A stretch of 62,596 bases of DNA, counting the filler, from Chiloscyllium plagiosum (lineage: Eukaryota), in assembly GCF_004010195.1 (NCBI RefSeq). It is 4 parts of one record of this genome, joined end to end, with 100 filler letters (N's around TTAATTAATTAA, not from the genome) between each part and the next. Parts side by side here need not be neighbours in the genome. Positions count along the whole stretch, not along the records: positions 1 to 28,498 come from NC_057712.1; 3 more parts are not named here. One strand, 5' to 3'. The stretch's first letter is position 1, and each line of letters starts with the position of its first letter. Positions 1 to 13,472 of the stretch are shown piece by piece. A model generated the notes under the pieces. That model made no database searches and was not told where the DNA came from. It saw nothing but the letters and a program-made list of their open reading frames with translations. The position numbers and the translations under genes were made by a program.

Positions 1-492
1 GGCTGAGGGCCCCCCTGGACTTTCAAATTGGCACAGATTAATTATGGAATGTATTCCCCTTGACTTCCTTACAAATATGGTGCACCGAAAGACCGAATTA
101 TTTTATAAAATATGGCAGCCCTTCTTGAATTACATAAATACAGATATTTCGGATATCCTAACAAGGGCTTTTAATTTATTAAGATTACAAACCTGGCTGG
201 TCCGGGCCCCTTAGGAGAGGAATCCCGCACGGATACGGGTTTTATTACATTTGATGTTAACACATTCCGAGCATGTAAGAGACTTAAATATACACTCTGG
301 TTAGTTGTAGGTTAGATTAGTAGATAGTTGAGTTTTGTTTTCTTTTCCTTTTTTGGTATTTTTTCTTTTGTTAAATTTTGGCTATTATATATTTGATTTA
401 GTTGTATATCAATGTTTGTATTTGAGAGTTTTGTTTATTTTTGTAAACTTGTAAAAATGTTAAATCTCGAATAAAAATATCTATAAAAAAAA
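1..492 (+). mobile_element. L1-clade LINE 3' end (ORF2 C-terminus, T-rich 3' UTR, AATAAA, A-tail)
   Basis: Frame 2 reads PPGLSNWHRLIMECIPLDFLTNMVHRKTELFYKIWQPFLNY, like fish L1 ORF2 C-termini; AATAAA near 470, then an A-run. Confidence 0.75.
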
Positions 493-1029
493 CATTCAGC
501 CTTGTCAATCTGAATCTTATGCTTTCTTAGCTAAAGTGCCAGTAACGTCCAGTTTTATTGGAATAGCTTTTGGCTATGAGGCCTACAGGTTTTCTTACCA
601 GGTCTTGCCAGATTCACTTCATCAACTACCTACCCTGCCCAGGTGACCTTCTTATCTGATTCTATCCCCAACTTACCACACAATGATTCTGGACCAATTT
701 GTCACTGCCAGATATACCAGAATTGACTGACATCCCTGAGGCCAATGTCATCTTTAAAAAGCGTTGTGCACCTGGACAATCATCATCAGTCTGCACCTGC
801 CCTACATAGTCCCTGACAATTGCACTGGATTTGGCAGATAAGGGATGTTGGTGCCTGGCTTTCTAGGCATTGAATTGGAGGACCAGCTCAATGGAATGTA
901 AAGGCACATCCAGAACCAGGAGACAAGACCTTGATACCAGTCCATGTGAGCTTGGTCTGAAGGTTACTCGCCCTGAGTCAGTGCAGTCTCTGCCATTTAG
1001 AGGAATTCAATTTAGGAAGCATGTATGGG

Positions 1030-1945
1030 TCATGTCTTTTTATTTGTGTGTCTTTTAGAACTGTGGATTGAAATGAGAAAGAGCTGTTTTAAAACCAGTA
1101 TTTTGAAATATGACTGCATGTTTGGAAAAGCAAGCTACCTGACTCCCATGGTCAGCATCGTAAACAACTATTGAACAAGCAGTAATTGAACTGCTTTCAG
1201 ATAAACAGTTCTGTATTCAGATGAAACTTTGGTTGGCCACAAAAAGTTGATTGGTCTATGGACTAGTGATCAGTTACTGATGACAAAGTCCTTTTGCTTG
1301 GGAAAAACTGTGTTTGGTTGACAGGTCACTGCACAATTTGGAGCTGGGAACGGGATTCAAATGAAAGATTTAATCTGTTCACTGCAGTCAAAACTTACTT
1401 TAAACATGAGAAAACAAGTTAATCTTTCCTTCAGCAGTTGCTGTAAGCTATGAGTTTTATTTGACAAATCAGATGTATTTTAGAAACTTGCAAACCAATG
1501 AAAGCATTTGGAAAGGCAAGCAAGGAAGAAACTTTGATCAGCAAGAACCAACTCAATAGAATTTGTGGACAAATACCACTGAACTGTTTTTTCAGCTTTT
1601 CCCCTCTATCCATGTATTTTCCCTGTCTGTATATCTTTGTGTGCGCATGTGTGTCCGCGCATGTGTGTATGTGTCTATGTGTATTAGGAAGAGTTTATGA
1701 CGGGATTAGAGTTTTAATTAATTGTGGTCTACACCAACAGTTTATTAACATTTAACTGTAGCTAGAGTCTAATTGTTGGTAATAAATAGTCACTTTTGTT
1801 CACTGATCCATGCTTTCTATCAACCTGGGTCTGAAAATCTGGTTGATTGGTGAATAATGTACATATTTTAAAATTTTAACTTTTATGAGGAATTTGGAAT
1901 ATTGGCGCTTAATTTTGAGCACGCTATTCCAGTGAATCCTGACTT
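1030..1945 (+). mobile_element. Probable degenerate solo LTR
   Basis: Non-coding, with a TG-rich tract, AATAAA at ~1781 and a U5-like end; resemblance by eye only, no TSD seen. Confidence 0.3.
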
Positions 1946-2659
1946 GAAGATCAATGATTTACTCTACTCCACCACCATAAATGCCACCATACTCTCTCCA
2001 GTTCTTCCCACTCAGTTCATCTCTGCTACTGTACTCATCTCCTAAAAAGGCCTATGCCTATCATTCTCACATCTGTAACATCTTCCCATGCACCCTAACA
2101 CTCAACTGGAATAGCTCTGCATGCCTTCTGCACTGCCTACTTATTCACTCAGGACACCTTCTCACTTGCACCAAAAATAACACCTGTGCCACCCACTTTC
2201 ATCTCCTTCAAATCCTGCTTCACTCTCATTATAGGGGGAAAGCTGCACACAATTGATCTGAAAGAGTCCCATCTGATATTTGACTGAAAATTATGAGGTG
2301 AACTATGTCACTCACTCATAAGGTGTTTACCAAACTATAATCTCACTGAACTGGCAACTCACCTCAATCTCGTCAGATGTAGAAAAGATGCTGTGAGTTG
2401 CTCTCAACGTCAAGAGAGACCTCATTGAATTCTCATGTTACTCTACTACAAATCATGCCAAACACAACATTCTTCAATATTACGTCCTTAATTTCTGTTT
2501 CTGCTGTTATGGAAGCAGAGACATTGGCCAACAGATGCTACATAATTGTTGGATCTGTTTTCTCACTGAATTGGCCACTGGTTTTATGCTGAAAAGATGG
2601 CTACCAAACTCTACTTGAAACACCGTGTCAAATTGGATTCCTTCATGCTTCATGGAGAT

Positions 2660-4790
2660 AGTGGATCCATTGGTTACAATATTCCAAAATTCCCTGGATA
2701 CGGAAAAGTGGATTGGAAAAATGCTAATGTAATGCACTTATTCAAAAAGGGAGGGAGGCAAAATGTGAGAAATTACAGACCAGTTAGTTTAACATCTGTT
2801 GTTGGAAAGTGTTAAATCAATTGTCAAGGAAGCAATATCAAGACATTTGGAAAGTCAAAATGCTATCCATCAGAGTCAGCATGGTTTTATGTAGGGCAAA
2901 TCATGCTTGATTCATGAGGGGCATGGATAGGGTAAATAGACAAGGTCTTTTCCCTGGGTTGGGGGAGTCCAGAACCAGAGGGCATAGGGTGAGATGGGAA
3001 AGATTTAAAAGGGACCTAAGGGACAACCTTTTCACGCAGAGGTTGATACGTGTATGGAATAAGCTGCCAGAGGAAGTTGTGGAAGCTGGTAAATTTCAAC
3101 ATTTAAAAAGCATCTGGATGGGTATATGAATAGGAAGGGTTTAGAGAGATGTGGGCCAATGGGCTGGCAAATGGGACTAGATTAATTTAGAATGTCTGGT
3201 CAGCATGGACGAGTTGGACCGAAGGGTCTGTTTCCATGTTGTACATCTCTTTGGCTAATGTGCTAGAGTTCTTTGAAGATGTAACAAGCAAAGTGGATAT
3301 TGGGGATATCTGGACTTCTGGGAGGCATTTGATAAGTGCTGCACAAAAGGCTAATTCACAAGGTTTGATCATATGGGATTGGGGTAATTTATTAGTTTGG
3401 ATAGATGACTAACTGATGGAAAGAAGTCAGAAAGTTGGGATAAATAGGATTTTTTTCTGGATGGCAAGATAAAGAAGTCAGAAAGTTGGGATAAATAGGA
3501 TTTTTTTCTGGATGGCAAGATATAACTAGAGGGGTTTGGAACCTAGATATTTATAATCTACATTAGCAACTTGGATACAGGGATAAAAGGCTCTATAGCC
3601 AAGTTGTCCTTGTCTCTTTAGCCAAGTTTGCGGTCAATATAAAATATAGGTGGGACGGTAAATTGCAATTAGGAAATAAGAATTTTAAAAATGGATACAG
3701 ATAGGTTAGGAGAGCAGACCAAAATGTGGCAGATGGAGTTTAACATGGATAAGTGTGAGGTCATGCATTTTGGTCGAAAAAATGGGAAGGCGACCTATTA
3801 CCTCAGTGGGGAAAGACTTCAGGGTGCTCTGGTGCAGCGGGATCTGGGTGTCGATTAGATTAGATTACATTACAGTGTGGAAACAGGCCCTTCGGCCCAA
3901 CAAGTCCACACCGACCCGCCGCAGCGCAACCCACCCATACCCCTACATTTACCCCTTACCTAACACCACGGACAATTTAGCATGGCCAATTCACCTGGCC
4001 TGCACATCTTTGGACTGTGGGAGGAAACCGGAGCACCCGGAGGAAACCCATGCAGACACGGGGAGAACATACAAACTCCACACAGTCAGTCGCCTGAGGC
4101 AGGAATTGAACCCGGGTCTCTGGCGCTGTGAGGTAGCAGTGCTAACCACTGTGCCACCGTGCCGCCCACCGTGTCCTCATTCATGTGTCACAGAAAACTA
4201 GCATGCAGGTACAGCAGATAAAAAAAGCAAACAAATGGCATTTTGGCTTTTATAGCTAAATGAATAGAAATTAAGGAAAGGAAGTATTGTTGCAGCTATA
4301 CAAGGTATTGGTGAGACCGCACCTGGAATATTGTGCACAGTGTTGGTTCTCTTATTTGAAGGAAGATGGACTGGCATTGAAAGCAGTTCAGAGGAGGTTC
4401 ACTAGATTGATGAGGGGTTTATCATATGAAGAGAGATTGAACAGTTTAGGCCTGTGCTCTATGGAATTTAGAAGAACGAGGGGAGATCAAATTGAGGTAT
4501 TCAAGATGATAAAAGGTGTGGATAAAATTGATGTGGAACAAATGGTTACTCTCATGGGGCAATCTAGGATGAGAGGTCTTAGTCTTAGGATAAGGGGTAG
4601 TAAATTTAAAACAGAGTTGAGGAGAAACTGCTTCGCTGAAAGGGTTGTGAATGCCAAAGTGCTGTGGATGCTGGGCCAGTCAGTAAATTTAAGATATTTA
4701 ACTGGTAATGCGTTGACGGGTTATAAGGAGAAGGCAGGAAAATGGGAGTGAGGAGCATATCAGCCACAATCGAATGGCGGAGCAAATTTA
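2660..4790 (+). mobile_element. Degenerate CR1 LINE ORF2 (RT to 3' UTR) with nested CR1 3' fragment (~2912-3250) and HE1 SINE
   Basis: DWKNANV..LFKKG..NYRPVSLTSVVGK and LYKVLVRPHLEYC..VQRRFTRL motifs, with stops and frameshifts. Confidence 0.9.
3854..4169 (-). mobile_element. HE1-type V-SINE
   Basis: tRNA-like head GGGCGGCACGGTGGCACAGTGGTTAGC with A/B boxes, V-domain TGTGGAGTTTGTATGTTCTCCCCGTGTCTGC, (TCTAA)n tail; gtgtc repeated at both flanks. Confidence 0.9.
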
Positions 4791-4899
4791 TGACAGTGAC
4801 AATAGGCTTTCTGTTAGGTTTGGCAATGTACCAAACATTAGATATGTAGGCCCATCAAACTTTCTCTGTCAGGCCCTGCATCAAAATTTCCATCTGACT

Positions 4900-5800
4900 C
4901 CTCTGCCACAGATCTTGTGTTTTGAATTGCGCTTTCCAGGGCACGTGTGTTAACCTTTCCCCTAGCATGTCAGACTGCCTGTTCAAAACATAGTATTGGA
5001 TGAATAAGAATTTTATTCAATATTGGGAAGACTGAGGCTTTGCCTTCAGACTCCAGCACAAACCCCATTCCCTTCCCACAGATTGTTTTGTTTCCCACCT
5101 AGGTGTCATGTCTGACCTTGAGGTCATCATTTTTTTAGAAATATGTGCCACACTAGGATTACCTCATATCACCTCCACAGCAGTATCCATCTGTGTCCTT
5201 GCCTCATCTTTCCTACCTCTGAAACCTTCAACTATACTTTTGGTGCCTCCATGTGTGGCTCTGCTAACACATTGCTGGCTGAACCCTCCAAATCCTATGC
5301 TCTGTTAAGTTCAAGTCATTCAAAACTCGAGTGCTCATGTCATAACTTGCATGAATTACCATTTACCTATCATCCTGTGTTCACTGACCTGCAGTGGCTC
5401 TCAGTTAAGCAATGTAGTTAAGCAATTTCTTGATATAAAATCTTTTATCCTTGTTTTCAAATCTATTCATGGCTTCAATGCAATCTCAAGCTCCATATCC
5501 CTTTGAAATACTTTTCCTCTTTTATTCCCAGCCTCTCGAGCATCCAAGATTTTAATTAGTTCATCATTGGTGACCTTCACCTGCCTCAATCTTAACTCTC
5601 AAATTCTCTCCCAAAGCATTTCTGCCTAAGCATCTCCACTTTGCTTTCATTCTCTAAGCCAGTCCTTAAAACCTACATCTTTGACCAAGTTTATGGTCAT
5701 CTGCCCTAATATCTCCTGTTATGACTCAGGGTTACATATCATTTGTAACTTGTCTGTGAAGTACCTTTGTATGTTTAATTACGTTAAATGCAAGTTGCTA
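4900..5800 (+). mobile_element. Old L2 LINE 3' fragment
   Basis: HPVFTDLQWLSVKQ..ILVFKSIHG resembles L2 HITPVLxxLHWLPV..FKILxLVFKxLHG; L2-type tail tgtgaag..cctt..tacgttaaatgcaagttg. Confidence 0.65.
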
Positions 5801-6249
5801 TTGATAAGGTGAGAACAGGATGGGATTTAAGTAGACGCATGATGAGGGACCACACTGTCATCATTGATGGCTTCAACAATGACGTTGGTCATAGCCTTAC
5901 TGATGGCAGTTACAATTATTTCTGGCACAGAGTCCTCCAGAACTTGCAGGAATACCTGTCCCCTGCTGTTTTGCTGCTGCAGCAAATTTCAAGCAACATT
6001 TTCCTGGAAAAGGAGTAGCCACTGTGTCAGTGATTGTGATGCATTGTGTTTTGATGATGTGTCTGCCAGGGGTGAATAACTAGCCAGCTGGCTTGCAGCA
6101 ATGCTGAGTGCATGAGGGTTACAGAAGTACATGGATATGAGGTTTAAGTTGTGTTTGCAATTAATAGTTGAGCGAAAGAGGTGTGCTGAATGGAACAGCT
6201 TGAGTGGCCAGTGGTGTAATTGGTGAGATTTGGTAATTAGGAGATGCCT

Positions 6250-6425
6250 TAACACTAAGGTTAGGTCATTAAATTCATGCGCCACTTCATCTAGGCAGTC
6301 GTAACCACATGCATCCACTGTCAACTCAACAATTGTCTGGAAGGCTTCCTGATCTCTGAAAGAAGAGAATCTCCTACAGCTTTGGATCTAACACAGCATT
6401 TGAAAACCCGAGGGAGTTCTCTCAT
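6250..6425 (-). mobile_element. PIF/Harbinger Myb/SANT DNA-binding gene fossil
   Basis: Frameshifted translation RTP(R)FSNAVL..RKPSRQLL..QWMHV..FNDLTLVLR resembles Harbinger MSANTD motifs RAPRFS..W..V..KKFNDL. Confidence 0.45.
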
Positions 6426-6444
6426 TATTGCAGTGCTACTTTAG

Positions 6445-8035
6445 GTCATAGTGTCGTAGAGTCATAGAACTGCACAGCATGGAAACAGACTCTTTGGTCC
6501 AACAGGTTCTTGCCAACCAGATATCCTAAATTAATCTAATTCTATTGCCAGCATCTGGCCCATATCCCTCTAAACCCTTCTTATTCATATATCCATCCAA
6601 ATGCCTTTTAAACATTGCAATTGTACCAGCCTCCACTACTTCCTCTAGCAGCTTATTCCACGCACCTCCCTCTGTGAAAATGTTGCCCCTTAGCTCCCTT
6701 TTAAATCTTTCCCCTCTCACCATAAACCTATGTGTTCTAGTTTTGGACATCCTCATCCTGGGGAAAAAGACTTTGCCTATTTCCCCTATCCATGCGCCTC
6801 ATGATTTTATAAATGCCTATAAGGTCACCCCCTCATCCTCCATCGCACCAAAGAAAATAGCCCCAATCTATTCGGTCTCTCGATATAGCCCAAATCCTCC
6901 AACCCTGACAACATCCTTCTAAATTTTTTCTGGACCCTTTCAAATTTCACATCTCTCCTCAAGCAGGGAGACAAAAATTGCATGTAGTATTCCAAAAGTG
7001 ACCTAACCAATGTCCTATACATGAGTTGCAACATGACCTCCCAACTCCTATACAAAATGATTTGACCAATGAAGGCAAGCATTCCAGATGCCTTCTTCAC
7101 TACCCTATCTAAATGCGACTCTACTTTCAAAGAACTATGAACCTGCATTCCAAGGTCTCTTTATTCAGCAACACTCCCCAGAACCTCTCCATTAACAGTA
7201 CAAGTCCTGCCCTGATTTGCCCTTCCAAAATGTAGCATCTCACATTTATTTAAATTAAACTCCATCTGCCACTCTTTGGGCTATTGGTGCATCCGATCAA
7301 AGTCCTGTTGTACTCTGAGGTAATTGTTCTTCGCTGTTCACTACACCTCCAATTTCGGTGTCATCTGCAAAGTTACGAACAATACCACCTTATGTTCTCA
7401 TCCAAATCATTTATACAAATGATGAAAATCAGTGGACTCAGCACCAATCATTGTTCCACATCATTAGTTACAGGCCTCCAGTCTGAAAAGCAACCCTCCA
7501 CCACCAACCTCTGTCTTCTACCCTCCAGCCACTTCTGTATCCAAATGGCCAGTTCTTCCTGTATTTCATGTGATCTAACCTTGCCAACAAGTGTACCATA
7601 TGAACCTTGTCGAAAGCCTTACTGAAGTCCATATAGATCACGCACACTGCTCTGCTCTCATCAATCCTCTTTGTTACTTCTTCAAACAGCTCAATCAAGT
7701 CAGTGAGACATGATTCCCTGTGCACAAAGCTATTCCTAATAAATCCTTGCCTTTCCAAAACATGTAATTCCTGTTCCTCAGGATCCCCTCCAACAACGTT
7801 CCCACCACTGATCACAGGCTCACCAGTCTATAGTTCTCTAGTTTTTCCTTATCACCATTCTTAAATAGTGGCACCATGTTCGCCAACGTTCAGTCTTCTG
7901 GCACTTCACCTAAGGCTGTTGATGATATAAATATCTAAGCAAGGAGCCCAGCAATCACTCTGCTAGCTTCCCACAGAGTTCTAGGGCACATCTGACCAGG
8001 CCCTGGGGATTTATCCACCTTTATGTGTTTTAAAG
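6445..8035 (-). mobile_element. 5'-truncated CR1 (HER1-like) LINE
   Basis: RT motifs YMDFSKAFDKV, SCLTDLIELFEEVT and LYRTLVR-like C-terminus; (ctatgact)-type tail at ~6445-6470. Confidence 0.9.
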
Positions 8036-8061
8036 CTTCATGAAAGTCTTCAAGAATTGAG

Positions 8062-8412
8062 AGGTGGTGGCCTAGTGGTATTATCACAGGGTTATTAATC
8101 CAGAGACCAGTTAATGTTCTGGGGAACCCAGATTCAAATGTCCACCATATATATGGTGAAATTTGAACTCAATAATATAAGAATCTGGGACTAAGAGTCT
8201 AAGGATGATCATGAAACCATTGCTGATTATTAGGAAAAACCTATCTGGTTCACTAATGCATTTTAGGGAAGGAAATTTGCCACCTTTACCTGGTCTGGCC
8301 TAGATGAGACTCCAGATCTCAATTGTTGACTCTCAATTGCCCTCTGGGCAATTAGGAATGGATGATTAATACTGGCATTTATGACATCGATGTCCCATGA
8401 ATGAAAAAGATA
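8062..8412 (+). mobile_element. tRNA-derived SINE, second shark family
   Basis: Head ggtggcctagtggtattatcac..ccagagacc..cagattcaaat, tail gggcaattagg..cccatgaatgaaaaa; second copy at ~46843-46890 plus 49924-50220. Confidence 0.7.
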
Positions 8413-8692
8413 AAATTCCAAGCAGTTTCAGTGCCTGCTGAAGCCAGAATGCACCTTTCTTTTAAGAGGTAAAAGTTGGCTTTAAATATAGGCTAACTTT
8501 CAATGTTGCTAAACTTACACGAACCTGAGCCATGAAAATAGTGACATCGATGTCCCATGAATGAAAAAGATAAAATTCCAAGCAGTTTCAGTGCCTGCTG
8601 AAGCCAGAATGCACCTTTCTTTTAAGAGGTAAAAGTTGGGCTTTAAATATAGGCTAACTTTCAATGTTGCTAAACTTACACGAACCTGAGCC
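8382..8692. repeat. ~150-bp near-perfect tandem duplication with 10-bp spacer
   Basis: 8382-8531 matches 8542-8692 except for one extra G. Confidence 0.95.
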
Positions 8693-10576
8693 TCTTGTCT
8701 AGTTGTGCAGCTATGGGATTACAAGACATTATCATGGAATAAGCAGGCAGTATGAGGTTTGCTTGCTATCTTTATCACTTTGACTGGATCTGTTAGGATA
8801 ATCTCACATGCCCAAATTCAGCAATTATTTAATTCAGCCTCATCTGAGTCAAAGCATAAGATGACTTATTAAAAAACGTATATTATCATATTTTTGCTAA
8901 ATTGAGAAAATTCAAGAGAACATATTGCATTTTTTCTCACAATTAGCAAATGCCTTTCTGTGCAAAACATAATTTCCAATTAGATGGTTGTGTATAAAAG
9001 ATAGTTTCCCTCCAAAAATACTGTTTTCTTATTTCAAGTGTGCTGTAAGGTGTTTCCCAAAAATGTAAAATATAACAAAGAAACGTCAAAACCCACAATT
9101 TTATGGAAGAGGTAATGCTATTGATAAGCACCTCAGAATGAGGATCAGGTGTGTTTGTTCAGAATAACATCATTGTTACCTTGTTGGTGACTTTTGTTTC
9201 CTATGAATGCTATTCCTTGATTAGTGAATCTATCTCATGTCATCTTATCAATCAAATACATGTTAGATGTTTACTACTGTTGTCAAAAATCAATAACTTT
9301 TGCAAATGAAGATATTTGAAGAGAATCGATTAGTCATCTATTCCATTGTATTTTATGTGAATAGCAAAGTGAGAAGACACTTTGATTTTATATTCCCAGT
9401 GTACAGGACGTTGAGGGTAGTGAGGTCAGGGATAGGTTAACAAGGTCGCGAGAGGGCACCGGCAATCAGGATGTTGAGTTGAAATGTGTGTACATCAATG
9501 CCAAGAGCATCCGGAATAAGGTGGGTGAACTTGCAGCATGATGGGTTGGTTCCTTGGATCTCGATATTGTGGCCATTTCAGAGACATGGCTAGAGGAAGG
9601 ACAGGAACGGTTGTTGCAGATTCCGGGATTTAGATATTTCGGCAAGAACAGAGATGATGGTAAAAGAGGAGGGGATGTGGCATTGTTAATCAAGGATAGT
9701 ATTACAACAACTGAGGCAACGTTTGAGGACTCATCCACTGAGATAGTTGGGGCTGAGGTTAGAAACAGGAAAGAAGAGGTCACCCTGTTGGGTGTTTTCT
9801 ACAGGCCTTCGAATTGTGATATACAGGTAAGGATAGCAAAGATGATTCTCGATAGGAGCGAGAGTAACAGGGTAGTTATTATGTGGGACTTTAACTTCCC
9901 CAATATTGACTGGGAATACTATAGTTCAAGTAGTTTAGATGGGTCAGTTTTTGTTCAATGCGTGCAGGAGGGTTTTCTGAGACAGAATATAGACAGGCCA
10001 ACAAGGGGAGATGCCATATTGGATTTGGTACTGGGGAATGAGCCCGGCCAGGTGATAGATTTGGAGGTGGGTGAGCACTTTGGCGACAGTGACCATAATT
10101 CAGTTATGTTTACAATTGAAATGGACAGGGATAGGTATAAACTGCAGGGAAAGAGGTATAACTGAGTGAAAGTCAATTATGATGCGATTAGGCAAGATTT
10201 AGGATGCATAGGATGGAGAAGGAAACTGCAGAGCATGGACAGACTTGAAATGTGGAGCTTATTCAAGGGATAGCTACTGCGGGTCCTTGATAAGTATATA
10301 CTTATCAGGGAGAGAGGTAATTGTCAAGAGAGGAGACATGGTTTACTAAAGAAGTTGAAGCTCTTGTCAAGAGGAAGAAGAAGGCTTATGTGAGGATGAG
10401 GCATGAAGGTTCAGTTAGGGGGCTTGAGACTTATAAGTTGGCTGGAAAAGATCTAAACAGAGGGCTAAGAAGAGCCAGGAGAGGACATGAGCAGTTATTG
10501 GCAGATAGGATCAAGGAAAACCCTAAGGCCTCCTATAGGTATATCAGGAATAAAAGAATGACTAGAGTAAGATTAG

Positions 10577-12243
10577 GTGAAAGTGAGGACTGCAGATGCT
10601 GGAGATTAAAGTCAAGAGTGTGGTGCTGGAAAAGTACAGCAGGTCAGGCAGCACCTGAGGAGCAGGAAGAATCAACGTTTCGGGCAAAAGCCCTTCATGA
10701 AGAATGAGGCTGGGAGCCTCAGGGGTGGAGAGATAAANNNNNNNNNNNNNNNNNNNNNNNNNNNNNNNNNNNNNNNNNNNNNNNNNNNNNNNNNNNNNNN
10801 NNNNNNNNNNNNNNNNNNNNNNNNNNNNNNNNNNNNNNNNNNNNNNNNNNNNNNNNNNNNNNNNNNNNNNNNNNNNNNNNNNNNNNNNNNNNNNNNNNNN
10901 NNNNNNNNNNNNNNNNNNNNNNNNNNNNNNNNNNNNNNNNNNNNNNNNNNNNNNNNNNNNNNNNNNNNNNNNNNNNNNNNNNNNNNNNNNNNNNNNNNNN
11001 NNNNNNNNNNNNNNNNNNNNNNNNNNNNNNNNNNNNNNNNNNNNNNNNNNNNNNNNNNNNNNNNNNNNNNNNNNNNNNNNNNNNNNNNNNNNNNNNNNNN
11101 NNNNNNNNNNNNNNNNNNNNNNNNNNNNNNNNNNNNNNNNNNNNNNNNNNNNNNNNNNNNNNNNNNNNNNNNNNNNNNNNNNNNNNNNNNNNNNNNNNNN
11201 NNNNNNNNNNNNNNNNNNNNNNNNNNNNNNNNNNNNNNNNNNNNNNNNNNNNNNNNNNNNNNNNNNNNNNNNNNNNNNNNNNNNNNNNNNNNNNNNNNNN
11301 NNNNNNNNNNNNNNNNNNNNNNNNNNNNNNNNNNNNNNNNNNNNNNNNNNNNNNNNNNNNNNNNNNNNNNNGAAGGAAGCCCAGTAGGTGCATGTTCTTG
11401 GCGGAGTGGGAGGGGGAGTGGCAGTGTTCTGCCATAGGGCAGTGGGGTTGGTGGGTGCAGGTGTCCCAGAGATGTTCTTTGAAGCGCTCTGTGAGTAGGT
11501 GTCCTATCTCCCCAGTGTAGAGGAGACTGCATCGGGAGCAACGGATACAGTAAATTTAGGGCCTGGGACGGAGGTGAGGCAGGAGGTGTAGACAAAGGTT
11601 TTGCAATTCCTGCGGTGGCAAACGAAGTTGATGGGGGGGGGGGGCATGTCCTGACGAGGTAGTCACAGAGGGAACGGTCTTTACGGAAAGTGGATGGGGT
11701 GGGGAGGGAAATATATCTCTAGTGGTGGCATCCATTTGTAGGTGGCAGAAATAGTGAAGGAATCTACGATGTATACAGAGGTTGATGGGATGAAGGTAAT
11801 GACCAGGGGGCTCTGTACTTGTTGCAGTTGGAGGGGTGGGGTTCAAGGGCAGAGGTGCGGGGAGTGGATGAGATGCGTTAGAGGGCATAATCAACCACAT
11901 GGGAGGTGGAATTGTAGTTTTTAAAGAAGGAGGCCGTCTGGTGTGTTGTGGTGGAACTGGTTCTCCTGGGAGCAGCTGAGGTGGAGACAGAAGAATTGGG
12001 AACAAGGGATAGCTTTTTGGCAGGAGGCAAAAAATGGAGGTGTAATCCAGGTAGCTGTGGGAGTCGGTGGGTTTGTAGAAAATGCCAGTGTTGAGTCGGT
12101 CACCATTGATGGAGATGGAGAGGTCTAGGAAGGGGAGGGAGATGTCAGAGATAGTCCAGGTGAATTTAAGGTCAGGGTGGATTTCTGTGGTGGAACTGGT
12201 TCTCCTGGGAGCAGATGCAGTGGAGGCGGAGGAATTGGGAATA
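10577..12243 (-). mobile_element. Penelope-like element family A (RT and GIY-YIG fragment), partly in gap
   Basis: HPDLKFTWTISDISLPFLD..YKPTDSHSYLDY; GIY-YIG-like LLYxGET region at ~11490-11550; family tail at 10577-10737 with mutated hammerhead core. Confidence 0.85.
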
Positions 12244-13472
12244 AGAGTAAAATAAAGGCCAATCAAAGATAGTAGTGGAAAATTGTCTGTGGAATCTAGG
12301 ACATAGGGGAAGCATTGAATGAATCCTTTACGTCAGTATTCACATTGGAAAAGGGCAATGTTAGTGAGAATACGGAGATACAGGTTACAAGATTAGATGG
12401 GATTGAGGTTGACAAAGAGGAGGTTTTAGCAATTTTGGAAGATCTGAAAATAGATAAGACCCCTGGGCCAGATGAGATTTATTCTCGGATTCTCTGGGAA
12501 GCCAGGGAGAAGATTGTAGAGCCTTTGGCTTTGATCTTTATGCCATCATTGTTGATAGGAGTAATGCCAGAAGACTGGAGAATAGCAAATGTTGTTCCCT
12601 TGTTTAAGAAGGGGAATTGGGACAACCCTGGTAACTATAGGCCAGTCAGCCTTACTTCAGTTGTGGGTAGGGTGTTGGAAAAGATCATAACGATAGGATT
12701 TATAATCATCTGGAAAGGAATAATTTGATTAGGGATAATCAACACAGTTTTGAGAAGGGTAGGTCATGCCTCAGTAACCTGATTGAATTCTTCAAGAAGG
12801 TCACAAAACAGGTGGATGAAGATAAAGCGGTTGATGTGGCACATATGGACTTCAGTAAGGCGCACCAACGGTAGGCTGTTGTGCAAAATACGGAGTTTCA
12901 GGATTGAAGATGATTTAGCGGTTTGGATCAGAAATTAGCTAGCCAAAAGAAGACAGAGTGTGGTGGTTGATGAGAAATGTTCATCCTGGAGCTTAATTAC
13001 TAAGGTGTGCCTCAAGGATCTGTTTTAGGGTCATCTCTGTTTGTCATCTTTACAAATAATCTGGATGTGGGAGTAGAAGGATGATTTAGTAAATTTGTGA
13101 ATGACACTAAGATAGGCAGAGTTGTGGATAGTGCCGAAGGACTTTGCTGTTTTTGAATTCATGTATCGCTGGACATCAGAGTGCATCTGGGAAAATTAAC
13201 AAACAGTGAATTTCACAACTAATCTTGGAGGAACCTGTTTGGCGAAGTTCACAACACAGAATCAGATAAGTCAATCGTTGTTTTAAATCTGTCCAATAGT
13301 AAGGCTACTGTAGTGAGAACAGTGGGTTATTTCTTGACTATATGTTTTTTGGAGATAAGTCTCTTGATTAAACTTAAAATATAAGACATAACTATTAATT
13401 TAACCTGATGCAGTGTTTTGTAGAGGAATAATACGGTGTTACTTTCTGGGTCGGTAGATTATCAAGGAGCAA

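Noticed and set aside
10672..11595. Long ORFs spanning N runs (also 22616-23585, 31150-31770)
   Set aside because: Open only because X codons contain no stops.
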